DNA from: Guillardia theta CCMP2712
Lineage: Eukaryota > Protista > Cryptophyta
DNA length: 64,000 nucleotides
Assembly (NCBI RefSeq): GCF_000315625.1
Contig: NW_005434625.1
Location: 482,098-546,097, forward strand
Direction: 5' to 3'
Part shown: positions 34,708-47,472 of the stretch, piece after piece
How positions within the stretch are numbered: the stretch's first letter is position 1
Layout: every line of letters starts with the position of its first letter
The notes under the pieces: model-generated
The model's input: the letters and a program-made list of their open reading frames with translations, nothing else
Database searches by the model: none
Told to the model about the DNA's origin: nothing
Position numbers and translations under genes: made by a program

Positions 34708-35819
34708 TAGACAGACAGACAGACAGACAGACATCGTCCTTCTATCCTCTTGATTATCCTCTCTCCGGCCTCTACCTCTGTCTCACAGGTTTGCAGGTGG
34801 GTGTGCTCAACCGAACCTCCTCCCTCAATCTCGACCTTCAGTATGGGTTCACCAGCACCGTCTGCGACTCGGTCAAGACATGCGTCGACAAGCTGGCCAA
34901 CAACCAGCTTGACGCGCTCCTTCTCCCTCGCGCCGACGTCGTCAACTACTTCCGCTCCAGCCAGCTCGCCTTCACGCTCTGCGGCAACCAGCTCAAGTTT
35001 GTCGGGGGGAGCGTCACGAGCAGCGTCGTCATCCTCCTTCAGCCCGCCATCAGGGTCTGCACGTACGGGCAGAGCGTGTATGCTGCCACGTACTTGATGA
35101 ACGCCATCGACTCGACGGTGCAGGCGATGACGCAGGATGGCACAATGAGCAGCATCGTGGCCGAGGAGCGAGATTTCATCTACCCTCCTGCGGTCACCGA
35201 CGCCTCTTGCGGCTCTTCGAGCTTGTGGAACGTCCCACTCATCATAGCAGCCCTGGTCCTCCTCTTTGTGTACGGGTGCCTGGTGAACATACAGGATGGC
35301 GGGGTCCTAAGGAGCGTGCTTAGCGCCTTACTCCCTCGACTGTTCCCTCCTGTGATCGAGGAGGAGGAGGGAGTGATGGCGGTTCTACGGCAGCCTTCGT
35401 TCAAGAAGCGCAAGCTAGATGCTTTCTCCGTGGAGTTCCCGCAGCCCCTAAGGAAGAAGGAGGTGGAGCCTCTGGTGCATGCTAGCAAGCTGCTAGGAGT
35501 TTTCAGCGCTATGCAGGTGAGCAGGGAGGAAGGTTGGGAGAGGTGGGAGGGGAGAGAGAGAGGAGACAAGAATGGAGAGGGGAGGAAGGAGGGGTATAAC
35601 GTGAGCACGAGAAAGGTGGTATTCTGATCTTTGCTCTGTCTTTTACAGTCCAGCGACATTCGTAGCATCAACCAAGAGGTCTCGGACTACTCCCACGTGC
35701 TGAAGCAGATAGCTCGTCTGTTCGTCTTCTGCTTCGTCCTCCTCCTCGTCATCTACGGCATCCTCCTCGGCGTCATTGCAGCTGCCTGGGGCAGCAAGCT
35801 GCAGGTCAGGAAGCCATGA
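32353..35819 (+). CDS. Ionotropic-glutamate-receptor-like channel with K+ selectivity filter and N-terminal EF-hands
   Basis: Signal peptide, Cys-rich motif, five EF loops (DLNKDGLLSYEE, DLDGSTRISLEE, DINGNGVLERWE, DLNDDGVVTFIE, DRNADNFINLTE), S1-like region, M1 (IVGHVIWIIER), pore GLWWAMVTMTTVG|YGDKAP split by an intron, M2, S2-like region (VGVL...LDALL), and additional TM helices. Confidence 0.85.
34671..34732. repeat. (ACAG)n microsatellite inside an intron
   Basis: About 15 tetranucleotide units with one variant. Confidence 0.9.
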
Positions 35820-35934
35820 AAGAACAGATGAAATTTCGATGTGCATGTTAGTGATAGAGTTGTGCTCTCCTTGTACAGTTATGTAAACAGAAAGACAATC
35901 ATCATGTCCTTCCTCCCTCCTCCCCCGTGGCTTG

Positions 35935-36824
35935 TCAGTGTCCTCCAACCCTCGTCCTTTCCTCAGGATCCGCACGCTCCTGCTCCTCCTCTACAGCGCC
36001 TCCTCTACCGCCCTCCTCCTTGGGGTTTCTCTCCTCCAGGTAGAACTCGATGAGCTCATCATCCCCGACGTCGAAGGTGCACATGGCGTTGAAGTCATTC
36101 ATCATCTGCCTCTCTCATCAGTCTGGCATGCAGGCAGCCGAGCGAGGGGAGCAAGGGGAGGAGGAGCAACTGCTAGCAGGAGCAAGGGGAGGAGGAGGAG
36201 CACCTGAATAAACGCCTCATACTCTGTGGACGCGATTATGTAGTCCAGGCAGTAGCTGCTGGCGTTGCCCTCCAGCTTCTCTGCTCCACCATCGCATCAG
36301 CTCCTCCTCCCACCTCCCGCGCACCTCACCTTCCATGCAGATGTTTATGATGTCCTCGTGCGTGACTTGGTTCTTGGCAAGGAAGTCTTCCAGCAGGTCC
36401 TCGATCCTCTTGGTGTACTTGAGGTAGAGATCGTAGTTCCTGCGCAACGATGCCGACGAGGATCAGTCGGGCACCGCCTGGGCAGGGCAGGGCAGGGCAG
36501 GGCACTCACGAGATTGGCTGCTCCATCCCTACGTCGACGAACTGAAACTTTTCTTGATTCTCCTCGAAGAAACTTCGCAGCGCGTCCGTGAACTCCGGGT
36601 CAGAGAAGAAGTACTCGAGCCTTACTGGAGCGGTCAAGGAAGGGAAGTGAAGGAGATAGTTCTCACTTCTCCAGCAACTCCACAGCGCTGATCTTGCCGC
36701 CGTCGTCGACATCCTCAGGTCCAGGATGAGAAACATCCCGCCCATCTCCTGCTTGTAGAGCAATGTTTGATACGTCCGCCGCTATCTCCTCCACAGCGCT
36801 CTCCTCCTTGTCTGCTCCTTCCAT
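35935..36824 (-). CDS. BART (ARL2/ARL3-binding) domain protein, multi-exon
   Basis: EFTDALRSFFEENQEKF...EQP|..NYDLYLKYTKRIEDLLEDFL...YIIASTEYEAF fits the BART/CFAP36 pattern. ATG at 36824, stop at 35935-35937. Confidence 0.75.
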
Positions 36825-38566
36825 CGCAGCCGCTGCTCCCCTCTCCTCCCTCCTCGTTATCTTTCCTGGGCTGACTCGATCACACTCGCACGAGCTCGCG
36901 CCTGCAGCATGTGTATGTCTTCTCCTGGTGAAAGGATGAGGCCAGTCAGAAAGAGCGGTGGAGGAAACAATCGCACAATCATCCTCATCCAGACACCAAT
37001 ATAACCCCACGCCAACCCTCACGTGCTCGGCGACCATGTTGTCACATTCATGAGGACGAGCAGCGATCGTGTCGTTTCGCTCGTCCTGCTACTCAGCAAT
37101 GCTTGCGAGAAACTCAGGGTGAAAAACGACCCTCTATCATGCGTCACTCCGGCACTCCTACCTCCTACCTCTTCCCTTACACCGCATCCTTCCTCATGAA
37201 CGCATTCCGATGCCACTGGCCTTCCAACTCTGCTGCTGAGTTCATGCAGTACTAAAAGTAGTCCAATTTACCGCGCGTGTCCTTCAGAAACCTTCCTAAC
37301 CACCAACGGCATCGGAAGCCGTCCTTCAAAGCAAGGTAGCCCACGATACCGCTGTCTGGTTTCATGGCAAAGGGTGCCGAATCTGCCACATGTTCCTCCT
37401 GCCTACTTGCTACTACATTTCCATCCTATCCCTTTTCATCCTGCCACCACTTCTGCGTCCCCTGACCATTCAGTCCCATGCTCCTCTTTACCCCATGCCC
37501 TGGCCCTTCCCACGGCTTTCGTCCTATCCTTGCGTCAACTTCCCTAACACAGACACGTCCTTTCCTTGCTCCTGCCCCTGTCCTTGCTCCTTCTGACCTT
37601 GTCACTGATCTTCCTCCTCCACCTCCCGCTCGTCCTCGTCCTTCTGCCCCGCTCCCCCTCCCTCTCCCTCCCCTCCCATCTACCATCGTGCCTCGGGAAT
37701 CAGTCGAACAATAACACCACCCCACCCCCTTTGGACCAAACTGAATCAGGGTTGATGTGGGGTACTTGGCCCATTTAGACCAGTCACAAGAGGTGCTGTT
37801 GCAAGAGATGCAAGGGCTGTGGGAGGGAGCGAGGGAGAGAGGGGGCGAGGGAGCGAGGGAGCGAGGGGGAGAGGGGGAGAGGGGGAGAGGGAGAGAGGGA
37901 GCGAGCGAGCGAGGGGGAGAGGGAGGGAGCGAGCGAGGGGGAGAGGGAGGGAGGGAGGGAGGGAGGGAGGGGTGGACGAGGGAGGGGTGAGCGAGGGAGA
38001 GAAGATTGGCAGTGAGGAAGGATGAAGAGAGTTCAGGGCAAGAGGAATTACGTCCGATTGAAGACGTTGAGTTGCACTGAGACTGGATGATTGAAATGCA
38101 AGATCGTGAAGAAGTTGAAAATGCGGCATGTCCCAGCAAGACATAACTTTATGGAGGAATAGGCATCAGACCTCCTTAACAACAGCTCAAACACCTATCA
38201 GAGATCCATGTTGCCTACCTACACTGGCGTAGGACTTGACTCTATTTATGCATGTATCTACACCTCATTAAGACGGATATCAGATTTTCATAAGGCAATC
38301 TCAGCTCGCAGCTGTGAAAATGCAGGGTTGAGGATAAAGTGAGAGTGTGTAACCGACGTGTCTTACTCAAGGCATGGCAAATATCTAGCATGGTCAAATA
38401 TGATGATAATCTGCACAGATCAGCGATCGAAAATACTTGTGGCGTCATTTCAACTTGCCAACCTGACATGAAACAGCTCAGCAAGTCACCACATGGTCAA
38501 ATTGATCTATTAGTATCGAAATATGCGAATCACTCGAACAAAAACAAAAAAAATCTAAGAAAGACT

Positions 38567-39692
38567 TTAAATTTGCTGCAACCTGTCCACAACCTGCAGT
38601 ATTGAATCAGCTCGCAGATTCTTTCACTTATAACCAGACTCACAGTTTCCAAAGCAACGTCTCCCGCATCCGAACCCTGAACCTCGCATGCAATGCCCAC
38701 AAGTCGCTTCTTCAGCTCGTCCTTTGATGACGCGAAGATCATCTTCGTGCGAACCTTGGCGGTGTCAGGGCACCTGGAGAAAGCACAGTTGTCAACACGC
38801 TCCTCTTGCAAGCACTCCAACACCTACCAGATGAAAAACGCTATCTTATTGCGGCTTGCCTTGGTCTTAGGATCAGTGTACTCTACGTCGAACACGCCAT
38901 ATCTGCAGTCGTTCTCGGGCAGTTCCTTCAAGAACTCCTCGTAGGTCGCCTCCTTGCCTCCAGTCTTCATAACTTGGATCTCCGTCATCTTATCATTCAT
39001 GTTGTACACGATGTATTTCATGCTATGCTTAAGCTTCAAGTCGTTGAAGACGCTGACGCAGTCATCTGCTACACCAACACCAGAGGCCTAAAGCATGGAA
39101 TACTTAGTGTTGTCAAAAATTCTTACAGCACTACAAAATAATTCAGAAACAAGTCTAGAATTCACAAAGAATCCACCAAATGTTCAGTCTGGTCCCACGA
39201 TCCCACAATGCATCACAAGGATCAGTGTTTGGACAACAGAATGCAGTATGCTTCAACTGCAGTGTGAAAGCAAGAAGACAAATGCACATGGGGTAATTCA
39301 TATTCCCATCTCAACAATCGATCATTCGTTACGAAACTGTGGCTCAGTTGAACAACCGCGTTAAGCTAGCCAAACAAACATTGATAGAAGGTGCCAAGGT
39401 TTTATCCATCAAATCAAAAATAAGACAGCACTGGATCTTTAGAATCAGGCAGTAGCAGGGTGCAGCTGAAAGCTGCAAGGAAAGCATCGAGATCACAATC
39501 TACACGACCGATTGTGTCATCGATAACGAAACGCACTTTCAACATGCATGCAACGAACACAGGTACATCCAATGGATTGCACGAGATTGCATATTATATC
39601 TCTGTCTGTGTCACATCGATTTCATCGCTCACAGCCGCGTCCTCCTCCTTCCCACTGCTCATGTTTCGCTATCCAGCCCGAGTTCTCACCAT
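38567..39692 (-). CDS. ADF: Actin-depolymerizing factor / cofilin
   Basis: M|ASGVGVADDCVSVFNDLKLKHSMKYIVY...ELPENDCRYGVFD...KIAFFIW|CPDTAKVRTKMIFASSKDELKKRL...|VVDRLQQI*. Probable ATG-only first coding exon at 39690-39692. Confidence 0.95.
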
Positions 39693-40334
39693 GTTGTCGT
39701 CGTCCCTCTTCGGCCACGTGGCCTGACGGATTCAAGAAAGAAAATTTGAATCTACCCACCCCAACCATTTCCAGCGATTAAAGTACCCTACGGTAGGACC
39801 CTCAAACGCCCAATTTATGCCGACTTCATCATATAACCCCCTTTCGTACGATCAGACCCACACAAACCCAACCATAGGGAACCTTTATTTCAAAAGGGGG
39901 GTCATGTACCCCACATTTCTCGATAGAAAAGTGGGGCAGGAATTGAACATTTGATCACCCCACCCCTTGAAATTAACCCTTTGTGAGGGACTACCCACCC
40001 AAATGTTTCAGAACCCATGGAGTTCATTTGGCACTACACCATCCTCAGGGTACCTTACATGGCTGTGATAGTTTGATACCCCCCTTTTGACTACCAAATA
40101 CCCTACCTTATCAGTGCTTACCCCAGTAAGAACTGGTGGGTGTGCAGAAGTAGCCAATCCGTACTCTAAATTTTTTTCCTTGTCCAGACTCACACCTCCG
40201 TTCAAAAAAACCCGTTCAAAATTGGTGCCATCCAAATCTATTCAAAACTTTCAAGATATTTTCAAATTATGAAAAAAGACTGTGACATTTAAAGATAAGG
40301 TTGCCATTCTTCAAAATTGCTCAGTATATTTCAA

Positions 40335-40700
40335 AATAGAAGGCAGCTTTTGAAAGATTTCTTCTCGGTCGGTGCCATCCGGGGGCCGGGCGGCTCAGGC
40401 TGAGCGGCCCGGCCCGGCCGGCGGGGGCCGCCGCCCGCCGGGCGAGTCCGGAGTCCGCCCGGAGCCGGGGCCCGGGCCGCCGTGACGGGCGGTACTGCGG
40501 CCCGTCCCACGGTGCTGATTTCAGCAGTACTGTTGAACATTGACAGTGAGTAATCAGAACTGACTCCGCTAAGGGCCTGCCAGAGGCTGCCGCGTGCGCT
40601 GCCGCGTGCGCGGCGGCTGCGGCCGCGGGGGCCCGGGCCGGGCGCCGCTCAGTGACGGCCCGGCGGCGTGGCAATAGAGTCGGGTAATGAAAAAAAAAGT
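40335..40700. repeat. GC-rich dispersed intergenic element (GGCCGGGCCCGG-type strings with AT-rich ends)
   Basis: Low-complexity CCGG/GGGCCC-rich block. Similar blocks at ~1000-1350, 5460-5640, 13154-13270, 24560-24630, 52400-52510 and 53130-53250. Confidence 0.55.
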
Positions 40701-41005
40701 CAATCTTTAACTCCTCACTCCACCGCAAAGATCACCCGTATTCTCACGGTACAAGGAAGGGGTACTCATTGAGGCCTGCACTACCCTGACCCCCCCTACT
40801 AAAAAAATGATGCGACTGAGATGTCGCTGAAGATGAGCAAATTTGTACCCACGGGGGGTTATTATTTTCATTACATGTTCAATTAGTTTATGAATATTTC
40901 ACATTAAGACGAAAAATTGAAACTATCTGAGCTCAAGACATTGTTGAATAACAACCCAGCAGGGATTACCCTGAATGTACTGCAAGTAGTGCTGTATCCG
41001 GAGCA

Positions 41006-42752
41006 ATGAGCGAGCTGCAGCTGCTGCTCACGCGCACAAGGCTGCTGGAGAACGAGGTGAGGAGGAGGAGGAGAAGGAGGAGGAGGAGGAAGAGGAAGAT
41101 GCCATAACCAAAACTCCGACGATTTGACTGTTCTAGACGATGGAGCTGAAGGTGATTCGACTCGCTGACTTCTGCTGGTTCAAAGGACGTCAGGGAACAT
41201 GTCCGGAAGTTTGATGAGCTGTTGTTGGAGGCTGAGGAGCTTGTAGACTACATCAAGCAATGCCCCAACGAGAATCACATCAAAGAAGATATGGAGGTGA
41301 TTGAAACAAATGCTCCAATCGATACTTTGATTTCTTGTCAATCTCACCCTATTACATCATATCCAAGGTGAAATTTTATCTTTCTGAGCATCTTTGAGCA
41401 GGAGAGCGAAAGCGCAATCACCCAATGTCTGGAGAGTTACAATGCCTTGTCAAAGCTATTATCGCCAGAAGAAAAAGAAATATTCGAACACAATCTCGGT
41501 CATGAAATCAAAGAGCTCATCGCAGAGATGCAAACGTTGCAGCAGAAGTTCCAAGGGAAGTATAAGCCCCGAAGACGGAGCTCTATCTCAATTATGCAGC
41601 TACAAAACTTCGCACTTCTGAACAAGGAGGGGGGTGACTTTGCGGCCGTTGACGTTTCTGGAGTGAGAACTTGCGACCCCTCTAAATTTGATTTCGCGAG
41701 TTTGACAACCATGTAAAGGTGTCTGAAGTTTGCAAGAAGACCTTACTGGGGCTGCCATCCACACGGAGGGTGTCTAACGCCACAATTGTAAGCTTCGTAC
41801 TTTGTTCTCTTTCTCCCATGGTGTTGACGGTTTTTTTGCAGACATTTATTCCTTCCGAGGCAGGACAACTGATATTGACCTACTTTCTTCATGCTGAGAT
41901 CTTGTTGCAGCTCTCTCCTCGCTCAAGAATTTCTTTTGCAAGGATGCCACTGAGCCTTCTCAAACGAGTAGACGCGAAGGAGCTTGTAAGTAGTCTGCTC
42001 AATAATTTGCCGCGGTGAATAGCGCGCAGGTATCGAAGAAGATTAATTATTTCAAAGAGCAGTCAAAAGATACTTTAAACTACGCACACAAGTGAAATCA
42101 ATGCTCCCTCTTAGTGATGTAGCTCTTTAATCGCTTCCAAACAGAGTGCTAGTGGAAACAAGTCTGACGCTACGGAATTTCTTCTCAACATCGAGCGAAG
42201 CAGAACTTTCAGAGCGGATCGCAGTGACTTTCAACACTCATGATGCAAACAAATCGGGAACACTAGAAGTCTCTGAGCTCCTTACGGCATTTGCGGAGAT
42301 GGGTGCACCAAAGACAGCGGATGAAGTTCGAGTTCTCATTGAACAATTCGATGCGGACGACAACGGGGAGTTTGACATCGTGCGCATAATTTTGTCGCAT
42401 GCATGCAGGATACTGACGAGCAAACGAGCAGGAAGAGTTCGAACACATGGTTCGACACCTGCTGGAGATCAAATGCAAGGTCACCATCTTTCTTGTACGG
42501 TTGTTGACCACTCACCTGCTGTTGGTAGTCTGGATGTACTGTCTGCAAAAAGATCAAGGTGTTTCTGCTGAACCGTACGTGGGCGCGTGCTGGGCATCTG
42601 ATACCGTGCTCTCATAGGAAATTCTGGAGAAGATGGAGCTGGAAAAAATGTCGGTGGAGAGCACAGGTGGGTAATGTAATGTGGGGACAGGAAGGATGGA
42701 CAAGGAAACCGAGCAGAGGATTGGAATGTTATCAGAGATGAAAAAAGGGGAA

Positions 42753-42793
<41 letters not shown>

Positions 42794-42930
42794 GGGGTTC
42801 GGAAAGGTGACGGAAACGATGTGCTAATGTCTTGTCGCAGAGGACGATGGAAAGCCAAAGAAGATCTACTGGCGCCCATAAGCTCTGTCAACGAAGGAGG
42901 GCAGGAAGGAGAGAGGAGGGGAGCAAGTAT
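41006..42930 (+). CDS. EF-hand protein, multi-exon; 3' end uncertain
   Basis: ATG at 41006 (MSELQLLL); EF pair FNTHDANKSGTLEVSEL and FDADDNGEFDI|EEF; many ~50-nt GT-AG introns. Confidence 0.65.
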
Positions 42931-43064
42931 CGGTAGTCGCGGAGTTCTCACGCCCGTGATAAGATCAAGTCTATTCAATGTTTGTGAAGCCATTGCCAGT
43001 TCAACCCCAGGAAGAAATTGTGTTTCCTCGCCTTCTCTAATGCCTTCATCTGCGGTGCTCGAGC

Positions 43065-44590
43065 TCAGACTGCTGCATTTCCATCCTCCTCGTCTCTTAC
43101 CTTGGTCGCGTTCCCTTCAAACTCCTTCCAGTAGTGATCATCCTTTTGCGCCAACTGGCGGCATGTCACCTCGTGCCACGTAACAGGAGAAGCAGTCACC
43201 TCCTTGTTTCTCTCCTCTAGCCACTTCAGCAGATCTTCGTCGGACTTGAGGCCATTCTCATCGATCACACCAGCCTGCGCCCCTCCCCCCCGTCATCCTC
43301 CTGCGACCAACAGCAAGCCAACCCGACCTGATGCAGCTCATCGCGCAGCCTGTCGATGTTCATGTGAGGGATGCGACAGTTCTGACTCTCCTTGAACATC
43401 TCGGGGTTCCTGCAAGAGGCTCGTTAGGCTCCACCAGTCATCTTCGACTCTGTCCCGACATCTTCTGCAGCCTCTCGGCTGCACCGGACAGGATGGCTTG
43501 ATGCGTGGCAGATGCGCCGACGTCGGCTATTGGAATGTCGACGTGAAGGATCTGAGCAAGAATCGATCAGTTGCCCAACTTACAGCCCAGCTGCAGGCCT
43601 AGCTGATCATGTACTTACAGGCTCTGCCTTGTTGATCTCGACGAAGAGATCTGTGGTGTTCTGGTCCTGCATGTCCGGGTAGACCTGCAGGATACTTGTC
43701 ACTCGCTCACATCAGTGAGGATCCATGGCAGACCTCTACGATGACCTTGTCCGCTCCCTCCGGCGCATTCTCCTTGGAGGACAGGAGCATGCATGCCGCC
43801 AGCCTGTGCTGCCCATCGACTATGAAGCATTCCTTCTCCGAGTTCTCAGGATCCTTGATCTCCGCGATCGATATCGTTCCCGGCCAGCCTTTCACGCTGC
43901 TCTTCATCTTGCTCTGCCCAAGAACGAGAGTACGTCAGCAAATGCCTGTGACGAGACTATCAAGCACGTTTGCAATGCTCTCAGCCCGATGCTGCCGAAA
44001 GGCTCGTTGCTTCTTCCATATCTTGGCTTGTGCCAACAGGGTCACAGGGTTAGCGCAGTAAATCTTCTTGTAGCCGAGATCGACCATGAGCTGGCCATAG
44101 ATCTCATGTTCTTTGCCTCCCAGGATCTGAAGAAACCACGCCATGAGCGCACGTCAAACAAGAGAAGCAAGCATCTACGTGTCCGGCAGCCTTCAGCAGC
44201 TCCGTGTTTGATCTCTCGACTTCGTTCATCTGTTGGTTCTGCGTGGTATCCTTCACCGAGCTCTTCTCATACTTGCGCTTCGCCAGCTTGAGCTCAGCTG
44301 AGAGGATCTCCAACTGGTTCTTCGACATCTTTAGCTCGTCCTGCAGTCGAGAAGTCTCTCGTTGGTAGGTGTCGGCTAGCGAGGATTTGTTGCGGTTCTG
44401 CTCTGCGACCGACATGGCGTTCTGAGAGAAGATAAGTATGGAAGCATCTTAGCATCAGGGTCCTGGTCTTGCCTGCAAGTCTGCCGTGAGCTTGCGAACT
44501 TGCGCTTGAGCTGCTGACAGCTCTGTTAGCGCCTTGGAGGATGAACCTCCCATCCTGCTGGGACATGTTAGAGGACGATGAAGCCATCAT
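43065..44590 (-). CDS. DGQHR-motif (ParB/Srx-like fold) protein with N-terminal coiled coil, multi-exon
   Basis: IWKKQRAFRQHRAESIA, GWPGTISI, FIVDGQHRLAA, DLFVEINKAEP, MFKESQNCRIPHMNIDRLRDELH. Confidence 0.7.
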
Positions 44591-45392
44591 TCCCTCTGTG
44601 ATGAGTTGTCAGGTCTAAAATTTTGCCTTGGGGGGTGGTCCCGGCCAGAGCAAATGAGAAGAATCTCGTGCCATGCACTCGCTCGCCCTGGTTTCCATGC
44701 TCTCACAAGGTTGCTTCTTCCTGTTCATCTCTAGCTCTCTGACGATTCTCACTTGTCTTTGTTCCTGACCTCGTCTACATCGCTGGAGCTTTCGCTGGCT
44801 CCTTCCCTCCCCTCCCTCCCTCGCCCTCCCCCCCGCCCGTCGTCATGCCACAGTTGGGTCTCATCGTGTCTGGACGGGAGGGGCGAATAGATGTAGCAAG
44901 GAGGGGGTGGTCGAAAACAAGGGGTCAGTCCAAGGGGGTACTCAAGCAAGAATATCTTCAGATACCGGTACTTCAAAGTGTCAATAGTGGGGTATATATT
45001 TGGGAATGGTGGGTGTGACCAAACTTGCTAGGCCAGCAGGGTCGGGTAGGGGTTTTAGGGGTCGAGCATGCCTGAAGAAAGCATGGGGGCCTGCTTGGAG
45101 CATGAAGGAGGAAGGGGAGAGGAGGAGGAGGAGGAGGGCGAAGAGGATGAGCAGTGAATGTATCAGTCTGAGTGGATGATGTAATAGCAGTTGAAGGACT
45201 AAAGAAGAGTTTTCCACATGAAGATGAGGCAGGGAGGAGGCATCGGGAGGAGGTAGCGCAGCATTGAGGGAAGGCAAGGATCAAGGGCAGAAACGGTGAC
45301 AAGAAGGACACATTCACCTGTTATGCCATACAACTGAATGATTGTCCTTGTATGAGTTTGTTCGAGCTGGTTCTGAGCATTGGTCTTGCAGG

Positions 45393-46185
45393 ATGTCGAT
45401 CGGGGGTTTTCACTTCGTCACGGGAGAGTTCAAAAGCCATCGCACTTTCTTGCCCGATGACGAGGTTGGCGTCATAAACTTGCTGGGCATGTGTGTCTAA
45501 CTATGAGAGCAGTACGGCAAGGCACTCGACAACTTCGTGAAGGGATGCTCAGATATGCTGATCACTGATCCCAAGGGAAACATTTTCCTCGGGAAGAGAA
45601 TAGTCCACCCTCAACCTGACTGGTGGTACGTCGGAGGGAGGATGATGCCCGGAGAGAGCCCCTCCTCAAGCTGCTCTCGGCTGCTCAAGAGAGAGCTGTC
45701 GCTAGACATCGCCCCAGAGCGCTTCCGGTCCATCTGCTACAACTCCATGGCCTGGGGCATGCGGGAACAGCAACCCAAATCCAACGGTGAGCGATGCTTG
45801 TAATGATTCAGCCTGATGAGCCTTGGTTGTGCCAGGTACCTGCGATGTGAACATCGTCCTGACTGTAGAGCTGACACAAGAAGAGATATCAAACATCGTG
45901 CTCGATCCAAACGAGTACAACGACTGCACGTGGGTGACAGCACAGGCCCTTCTGGCTGGCGACTACCATCCTGCATTGCAGTACTCCGCACGGGCGCTCC
46001 TTGCAGCCAACAAGCTCGCTGAGATTCGCGAGCTCGAGAAGCAGGGGAACGCGGACGGCAAGGTGCTGGAGGCCCTTCGGGAGTACCTAAAGCTGACTGA
46101 GGACCCTGCCTGCGGTGTGAGCCCTTATGTCTTGAGGAACCAAGGGCTCAACTACGAGGGGCAAGTCCACGTGACGAAATATTGA
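45393..46185 (+). CDS. Nudix hydrolase, GDP-mannose mannosyl hydrolase (Gmm/NudD)-like
   Basis: FLPDDE|YGKALDNFVKGCSDMLITDPKGNIFLGKRIVHPQPDWWYVGGRMMPGESPSSSCSRLLKREL is the modified Nudix box typical of the Gmm group. Two introns. Confidence 0.8.
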
Positions 46186-46364
46186 TTATGTGTATTGATA
46201 GAAGGGCCAGCCTGAGACGAGAAGCGCAAGGCTGGACAAAAATAAAGATCGGGGTAGAGCATTTCCTGTGCCCGTAAAATCGTGCAAGGGGATCGGGGGA
46301 GGGAGGGGCGGGGAAGGGGGTGAGAGAGGATATGGGGGGAGATGAGAAAGAATAAGGCGGGGGA

Positions 46365-46864
46365 TCATATGTCCTCGAAGGGCTGTCGCTCCAAAACAAA
46401 ATCTAGGGTGCCAAACGGTCGGTGAGGGAATGGGGAGCACAAACTTGGCATACCGTAAAATGTCTTCTTCCCATTGGGTTCAGGTCGCAGAACCTTGACC
46501 TTGACCTTGGTCCCCTGGGGCCCCTTCAAGAGGTTCACAACCTCCATCCTGCTCCTCCCTAGAACATTCTCTCCATCCACTGCGTGCAGGACGTCCCCGA
46601 GCTGGAACAACGGACACCGTCACAGTTGGGCGCAGGCCGCTGGAGCAATCGCACGTCTTGGTTGCTCACCTTGATGAGATTCGACTTTTCTGCTGGTCCA
46701 CCTTTCACGAGCCGTTTAACCTCCAGGTGCCCCTGCTTGTCTGGCTTGAAGGCAATGCCAAGGCCGACATCCTGCGAAGAGCCACCAGCTCGCTCGTTGT
46801 CGTCGTTGAAGTCGCGCGTTGGCCTTTCTTGTATCCTGCTGGTGCAGCATGCAAAGAATTGCAT
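46365..46864 (-). CDS. Small single-PDZ-domain protein
   Basis: GLGIAF...VKRLVKGGPAEKSNLIK|LGDVLHAVDGENV...EVVNLLKGPQGTKVKVKVLR. N-terminal MQFFACC may be a palmitoylation site. Confidence 0.8.
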
Positions 46865-47472
46865 TCCCTGGTCGATCAAGGGTTGGTCAAAGAAACGATA
46901 AAAAAATGTTCAAAACAAGCGTGGAAGCAGAATTGTCTAATGAAATGGTAGCATTCAGATGAAATTTTTCAATCAGATTGTACATAAATCGAGATAAGTG
47001 TTGAATGCTCAGTAAATGTGGGAGAAGCAAGAAAGTCAGTTGATCAGCAACAAGGTGGAGAAAGAGTGAGAGATGTCAGGTAGAAAGAAAGAGTGAGAGA
47101 TATATCAGGTAGAAAGATTGGTGGAAGGGAATTACGTCAGGGAGCAACGACGTGGATTATAGCCATAAGGAAGGAATTGAGCAGCGACAAGAATATCAAT
47201 GAAAGATGGAAGAGGACGAAGAGGCCGGGGGACTAGGTGGCCAGTGGATGGTGCGCAAAAGAAGCATGGTCAATCTCTGCCATGATGTCCTGGTTGATGC
47301 CTTGCATGTCGCCCGGCTTTGGCGTCAGACATGGCGTCCGGCATCAGCTGGTCCGGCATAGCGTCATCGACCAGGTCATCGACTCTGCATGGTACGAGTG
47401 GGGATGAGGTCCAATGTGAGATGCTCTTCCGAAGTTCAAGTGGCAAGTCACTCAGGATTCATCTCTTAAATC

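Noticed and set aside
36900-38500. Possible gene between the BART and ADF genes
   Set aside because: Only short ORFs and purine repeats; no coherent exon chain or domain could be built.
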